Of a stretch of 12,670 nucleotides of DNA, positions 8,566 to 12,670 are shown piece by piece. The position numbers and the translations under genes are program-made. Origin of the DNA: Candidatus Eiseniibacteriota bacterium (GTDB lineage Bacteria > Eisenbacteria > RBG-16-71-46 > CAZEPH01); NCBI GenBank assembly GCA_044229145.1, contig JBGATO010000095.1:1-12670 (forward strand). The letters are read 5' to 3'. The notes beneath the pieces were generated by a model. That model was given only the letters and a program-made list of their open reading frames with translations, searched no databases and had not been told where the DNA came from. How positions within the stretch are numbered: position 1 is the stretch's first letter; every line of letters begins with the position of its first letter.

Positions 8566-8581
8566 TGGCAAACCGCTTGCA
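8566..8581 (+). promoter_or_regulatory. Sigma-54 (-24/-12) promoter for the NHL / cytochrome / beta-barrel operon
   Basis: TGGCAAACCGCTTGCA has GG-N10-GC spacing, is near consensus, and is very similar to the 7584 promoter. Confidence 0.8.
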
Positions 8582-8703
8582 CGTTACGGTGGTACTCCAA
8601 GGCCGCGCGCGGGGCGCGGCGAGACGGTAAGGACGTGCTGACCAAGCGAGGTGCGGTGTGATTCGGGGTGCGGGCATGACAGGCCAAGGGCGGCGAGTGG
8701 ATC

Positions 8704-9789
8704 GTGGCCGGCCTGACGATGTTGGTGCTGGCCGGGAGCGCGGGCGCGGCGCCCAAGGCGCCGAAGGCGTCGAAGGGTGGCCCGATCTTCTATCCACCGC
8801 TGCCCAACACGCCGCGACTCCAGTTCCTCACCGGCCTGACCTCGGCGGCGGATGTCGGTTCCAAGCAAGGCGCCTTCTCCAAGTTCGTGGTCGGGGCGAA
8901 GGATCAGCGGGCGGCGCGCATCGGCAAGGCGTACGGCGTCGCCCTGTGGAACGGCCAAGTCTTCGTGATCGACAGCAAGAAGCTCGGATACGGGGTGTTC
9001 GACATCGCCAAGCGCGAGTTCCGCTTCGTGTCGGGCGAGGGCGCGGGGCGGATGCAGAAGCCGATCAACATCTGTGTCGGTCCGGATGGCACGCGGTACG
9101 TCACGGACACCGGGCGCAAGCAAGTGCTGGTGTTCAATGCGCAGGACGACTTCGTCCGGGCGTTCGGCAAGAAGGGCGACTTCCTGCCTGGCGGTATCGC
9201 GATCGCGCGCGATCATCTCTACGTGACCGATCTCGAGCACCACATGATCCACGCGCTCGATCCGAAGTCGGGGGCGCCGTCGTTCTTCTTCGGGCAGCGT
9301 GGGAAGAAGGACGGCCAGTTCGAGATGCCGACCAACATCTGCGCCGGCGGCGACAACACGTTGTACGTCACCGACACCGGCAACGCGCGGGTGCAGGTGT
9401 TCGACCTGAAGGGGCGCTATCTGCGCACCATCGGCAGCATCGGCGACGGCCCGGGCCACTTCGCACGACCGAAGGGCGTGGCGGTGGATCGGGAGGGACG
9501 CGCCGACGGGGTCGATGCGGCGTTCGAGAACGTCCAGATCTTCGATCCGATCGGCCGGCTGCTCCTGTATTTCGGCGAGGCCGGGCCGCGGCGCGAGAAT
9601 CTGAACCTGCCGGCCGGCGTCGCGGTGGACTACGGCAGCGCAGCCGCATTCCAGAAGCTGGCGGCGCCGAACTTCAAGGTGCAGTACGTCGTGGCGGTGG
9701 GAAATCAGTTCGGCAACAGCATGGTCACGCTCTACGGCTTCGGCGATTACGCGGAGTCGGCAAGCGGGGCGACGCGGCCGGGCCGCTGA
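8704..9789 (+). CDS. Secreted NHL-repeat (six-bladed beta-propeller) protein; start uncertain
   Basis: Hydrophobic signal segment ending in AGA, FYPPLPNTPRLQFL N-terminal motif, and NHL repeats (YVTDTGRKQV, GQFEMPTNI...YVTDTGNARVQVFD, GHFARPKGVAVD, LNLPAGVAVD). The real start may be 8658 or 8676 with another frameshift near 8690. Confidence 0.9.
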   Translation: MAGLTMLVLAGSAGAAPKAPKASKGGPIFYPPLPNTPRLQFLTGLTSAADVGSKQGAFSKFVVGAKDQRAARIGKAYGVALWNGQVFVIDSKKLGYGVFDIAKREFRFVSGEGAGRMQKPINICVGPDGTRYVTDTGRKQVLVFNAQDDFVRAFGKKGDFLPGGIAIARDHLYVTDLEHHMIHALDPKSGAPSFFFGQRGKKDGQFEMPTNICAGGDNTLYVTDTGNARVQVFDLKGRYLRTIGSIGDGPGHFARPKGVAVDREGRADGVDAAFENVQIFDPIGRLLLYFGEAGPRRENLNLPAGVAVDYGSAAAFQKLAAPNFKVQYVVAVGNQFGNSMVTLYGFGDYAESASGATRPGR

Positions 9790-9801
9790 GGACGTGCGAG
9801 C

Positions 9802-10473
9802 ATGCGCGCGGCGGCGGCCGTCTGGCGCGGTGCCCTGCTCGCCCTGCTCGTCCTCGCCCCGGGCTGTGCCGATCCGGGCCGGCACGCGATCCTGCGTGCG
9901 GTGTTCGACGGCGTGCCGCCGGCGCGCAAACCGGTCACGGCATCCCCGGCAGCGCGGGGGCTGGGACCAGATAGCGTCGCTGCCGCACCGACGGTGTACG
10001 AGCACGCGCCGTACGCCGAGAAGCAGTGCGACGCGTGTCATGATGCGCAAGGCGGCAACAACGTCGAGACAGTGCCGGCGCTGTGCTATCGCTGCCACGA
10101 CGCGGCCGAGTACACCGGCACGCAGATGCATCCGCCGGTGGCGGACGGGCAGTGCCTGACCTGCCACAGTCCGCACCAGTCGCTCACGCCGCGGCTGCTG
10201 CTGAAGCCGCAGAAGGAACTCTGTCAGGAGTGTCACGCGGTCCCCGCCGCGCAGGACAGCGTCGTGCATGCCCCAGTCGCCGAGGGGAAGTGCGCCGCGT
10301 GTCACATGCCTCATGCGGGGGGAGAACACGCGTTACTCCGCTCGCCCGTGCCGCAACTGTGCGCCGGTTGCCACGGTCAACTCGATCATGTGCGCGAGAT
10401 GGTTGCGGACAATACGTCATGCACCGATTGCCATGCACCACACGGCTCCGCCAACGAGCATCTCGTGAAGTAA
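9802..10473 (+). CDS. Seven-heme c-type cytochrome, probable lipoprotein with doubled-CXXCH repeats (223 aa)
   Basis: CDACH, CYRCH, CLTCH, CQECH, CAACH, CAGCH and CTDCH. Repeated HxPVxxGxCxxCHxPH...LL...LCxxCH units. The signal peptide ends in a lipobox-like LAPGC (Cys22). GAGGA RBS upstream. Confidence 0.92.
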   Translation: MRAAAAVWRGALLALLVLAPGCADPGRHAILRAVFDGVPPARKPVTASPAARGLGPDSVAAAPTVYEHAPYAEKQCDACHDAQGGNNVETVPALCYRCHDAAEYTGTQMHPPVADGQCLTCHSPHQSLTPRLLLKPQKELCQECHAVPAAQDSVVHAPVAEGKCAACHMPHAGGEHALLRSPVPQLCAGCHGQLDHVREMVADNTSCTDCHAPHGSANEHLVK

Positions 10474-12458
10474 CGCGACGTGCCTGGGGCCTCTCGTTCG
10501 CGCTCGGCTGTCTGCTGAGCGCGCCGGAGGTGCGTGCGCAGGCGCCGGAAACCACCGCGCCGTTTCGCATTCACGGCTTCGACGCGAACGTCAGCTTGCG
10601 AGGCGCGCGCGATGCCGAGACCAGCCGGAGCGCCGCCGGGCTCACGCCGCTGTCCCAGGTGCGTCCGGTCTTCGAGCAAGAGTTCGCCCTGCTGACGCAC
10701 AACTCGATCTATCACCCGTATTTCCTGTCGCTCGATCTCGGCGCCGGCGTGACCCTCGTGCAGGAGAGTTATCGGTCGGGCGAGCAGCGGCGGTCGGAGC
10801 CGACGCGGTTCTGGAGTGCGATTGCCCGCGCGCGGCTGCTCGAGCAGAAGCCGTACCCGCTCGACGCCTACTACGAACGGACGCGGCACGGCGTGCCGCT
10901 TGGGCTCACCGAGCGCTTCTTCACCACCGACACGCAGTACGGCGCGCACTTCTCGCTGCTGCCCGCCGCCAGCCCGATTCCGCTGCGCATCGACGCCACC
11001 AAGCAACGTCTCGAGGGCGAAGGGTTTCGGCAGATCGCGCGCGAAGAGATCGGGCATCTCGGGATCGCCTCGTCGCGACGCTTCGACGGGCACGGTCAGC
11101 TTGGGCTGTCGTACCAGGCGCACGAGGTGCGGTCGGCCAACGGCAGCACCGAGGCCGATGTTCTGCAGACGCACAGCGTGACGCACACCGCGGAGATGAC
11201 GTCGTCGGCGAGCATCGGGCGCCGGCTGCAGCTCGAGATCGAGGCGCCCGCCTCGTGGTACCAGCAGAATGAGGCACCGCATCGCGAGATCGTCCGCGTC
11301 GCGCCGCAGGTGCGCTACCGCCCGTGGTCGTCCTTGCAGATCACTGGCCGCTATCGCGCCGACCGCGTGCGCACCCTCGACATGGCCTCGCACACCGACG
11401 GCCAAGAAGCCGATCTCGCGCACCAGCTGTTCGAGAGCGTGACCACCAACCTGCACGTCCACTCACGCGTGAACCGCACCGACGGCATTCGCGATGCGCG
11501 GCAGGGCGGAAGCGGCGGCATCGCGTATCGCAAGCGGACGTTCTTCGGCGGGATCGGCCTCAGCTACGCGCGCTCGCGCGAATCGCTCGACCGTCGCGGC
11601 GCCCCGACGACCATCGCGGTGTTCGGCGAGAGTTTCGCCTTGCGGGGTCTGGCGGCGCACGAATTGATGGAAGACAACGTGGTCAGCGGGTCGGTGGTGG
11701 TGTGGAACGCGGGGCGCACGCGGCAGTTCGTCGAAGGCATCGACTACCGCGTGGCGGTGGCCGGTGTGCGCACCCGCATCGAGCGGTTGCCCGCCGGTGC
11801 GATCCTCGATGGCGAAGGTTTGAGTGTGGACTACCGCATCGATTTCGCCGGCCGGGTCGCGTACGTTGCCGACGACAACAGCATCGGAACGACCGTCACG
11901 GTGAAGTCGTGGCTCAGCGCCTCGGCGCGGTTCCGGAAAGCGCCGCGCCACCTGCGGGAGGGCATGCTCTCGCAGCCGCTCAACTCGTCCGAAGGCGAGA
12001 CCTACGGCGCGCAACTCAACCTGCCGTGGCGCCACCTCGAACTCGAGGCGAACGCCGAACTCGAACACCGCCGCGAGGAGATCGCGCCCTACAACAGGCG
12101 CGGCGGCACTGCCTCGCTGGCCATGCTGCTCGCCGGCGAGTCGCGCCTCACTCTGACCGCCGAACGCGTCAAGACCGACAATCTGCGCGCCGGCCAGGAC
12201 GTGAACCTCACCGCGCTGGCGGCGGTGTGTGAATTGCGCCCCACTGGGGCGCTGCATCTGTCACTCTCCGCGCATGACGATCAAGACATCGGCAGTACGC
12301 AGCCGCGGCGTCTGCGCGAGGTGGTCGCACGTGGCGAGTGGAGGGTCCGCCGCCTGAGCGCCAACGCGGAGTTCCGCTCTGCGCGCGAGGAGCAGGGCAG
12401 CTACGCGCGCACGCGCACCTCGCTGCGCGCCGAGCTGACGCGGGAGTTCGCACGGTGA
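10470..12458 (+). CDS. Probable large outer-membrane beta-barrel protein (about 660 aa); start codon uncertain
   Basis: Signal-peptide-like TRRAWGLSFALGCLLSAPEVRA|QAP. Many alternating amphipathic strands (LSLDLGAGVTL, GQLGLSYQ, GGIGLSYAR, LSANAEFR). C-terminal strand SLRAELTREFAR has a near-terminal Phe. It abuts the genes on both sides. Confidence 0.7.
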   Translation, partial: VTRRAWGLSFALGCLLSAPEVRAQAPETTAPFRIHGFDANVSLRGARDAETSRSAAGLTPLSQVRPVFEQEFALLTHNSIYHPYFLSLDLGAGVTLVQESYRSGEQRRSEPTRFWSAIARARLLEQKPYPLDAYYERTRHGVPLGLTERFFTTDTQYGAHFSLLPAASPIPLRIDATKQRLEGEGFRQIAREEIGHLGIASSRRFDGHGQLGLSYQAHEVRSANGSTEADVLQTHSVTHTAEMTSSASIGRRLQLEIEAPASWYQQNEAPHREIVRVAPQVRYRPWSSLQITGRYRADRVRTLDMASHTDGQEADLAHQLFESVTTNLHVHSRVNRTDGIRDARQGGSGGIAYRKRTFFGGIGLSYARSRESLDRRGAPTTIAVFGESFALRGLAAHELMEDNVVSGSVVVWNAGRTRQFVEGIDYRVAVAGVRTRIERLPAGAILDGEGLSVDYRIDFAGRVAYVADDNSIGTTVTVKSWLSASARFRKAPRHLREGMLSQPLNSSEGETYGAQLNLPWRHLELEANAELEHRREEIAPYNRRGGTASLAMLLAGESRLTLTAERVKTDNLRAGQDVNLTALAAVCELRPTGALHLSLSAHDDQDIGSTQPRRLREVVARGEWRVRRLSANAEFRSAREEQGSYARTRTSLRAELTREFAR

Positions 12459-12670
12459 GGCGCGGCATTCTCCTCGCCCTCAGCGTCGCGGCCTGCCTGG
12501 TGGCACCACGCGCCCGCGCGGAAACACCGGTCTGGCCCACGCCGCCCGAGCCCGCACGCGTGGCGTTCGAGTCGGCGTTTTCGACGCCGGCGGATCTCGG
12601 AATCGCGCCCCGTTTCCTGTCTCGCGTCCGCGACTGGATGACGGGCCGCCGCGAGGAGCGTCTGGTCAAG
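12455..12670 (+). CDS. 5' end of a second secreted NHL-type protein, truncated and missing from the ORF track
   Basis: GTGA overlap with the barrel stop. Reads MRRGILLALSVAACLVAPRARA|ETPVWPTPPEPARVAFESAFSTPADLG...FLSRVRDWMTGRREERLVK. This parallels the 8704 protein (FYPPLPNTPRLQF...S.ADVG...FSKFVVG...RIGK). Confidence 0.8.
   Translation, partial: MRRGILLALSVAACLVAPRARAETPVWPTPPEPARVAFESAFSTPADLGIAPRFLSRVRDWMTGRREERLVK

Noticed and set aside
10083..10469. N-terminal extension of the 791-aa ORF
   Set aside because: It overlaps the 7-heme cytochrome out of frame and is Arg/Ala-rich noise. The signal peptide begins near 10470.
247..12257. Many long antisense or alternate-frame ORFs (e.g. 247-1572, 528-1688, 1679-2944, 2580-4049, 4042-5412, 5929-7038, 8584-10329, 8658-9974, 10386-11462)
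   Set aside because: They are shadow ORFs typical of high-GC DNA. They overlap well-supported genes and contain no recognisable motifs.

Overview
High-GC (by eye about 70%) bacterial window with two parts. Left (1-4058): the 3' end of a MeaB/ArgK-type GTPase, a radical SAM gene, and a DprE2-like SDR plus DprE1-like FAD oxidoreductase pair. Right (4158-12670): a candidate extracellular cytochrome nanowire / electron-transfer locus. It holds a divergent OmcE-like triheme cytochrome, a membrane histidine kinase, an NtrC-family sigma-54 activator, a tetraheme cytochrome with the motif order of Geobacter OmcE, an NHL beta-propeller, a 7-heme lipoprotein cytochrome, a probable outer-membrane beta-barrel and the start of a second NHL-type protein. 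Two -24/-12 sigma-54 promoters, each preceded by TGTGCGG-N4-CCGCACA palindromes, drive the OmcE-like gene and the accessory operon separately. At least four single-base frameshifts between 4.9 and 8.0 kb hide the real genes in the ORF track, including the OmcE-like one. They are either read/assembly errors or early pseudogenisation. All homology calls come from motif recognition; no searches were run.
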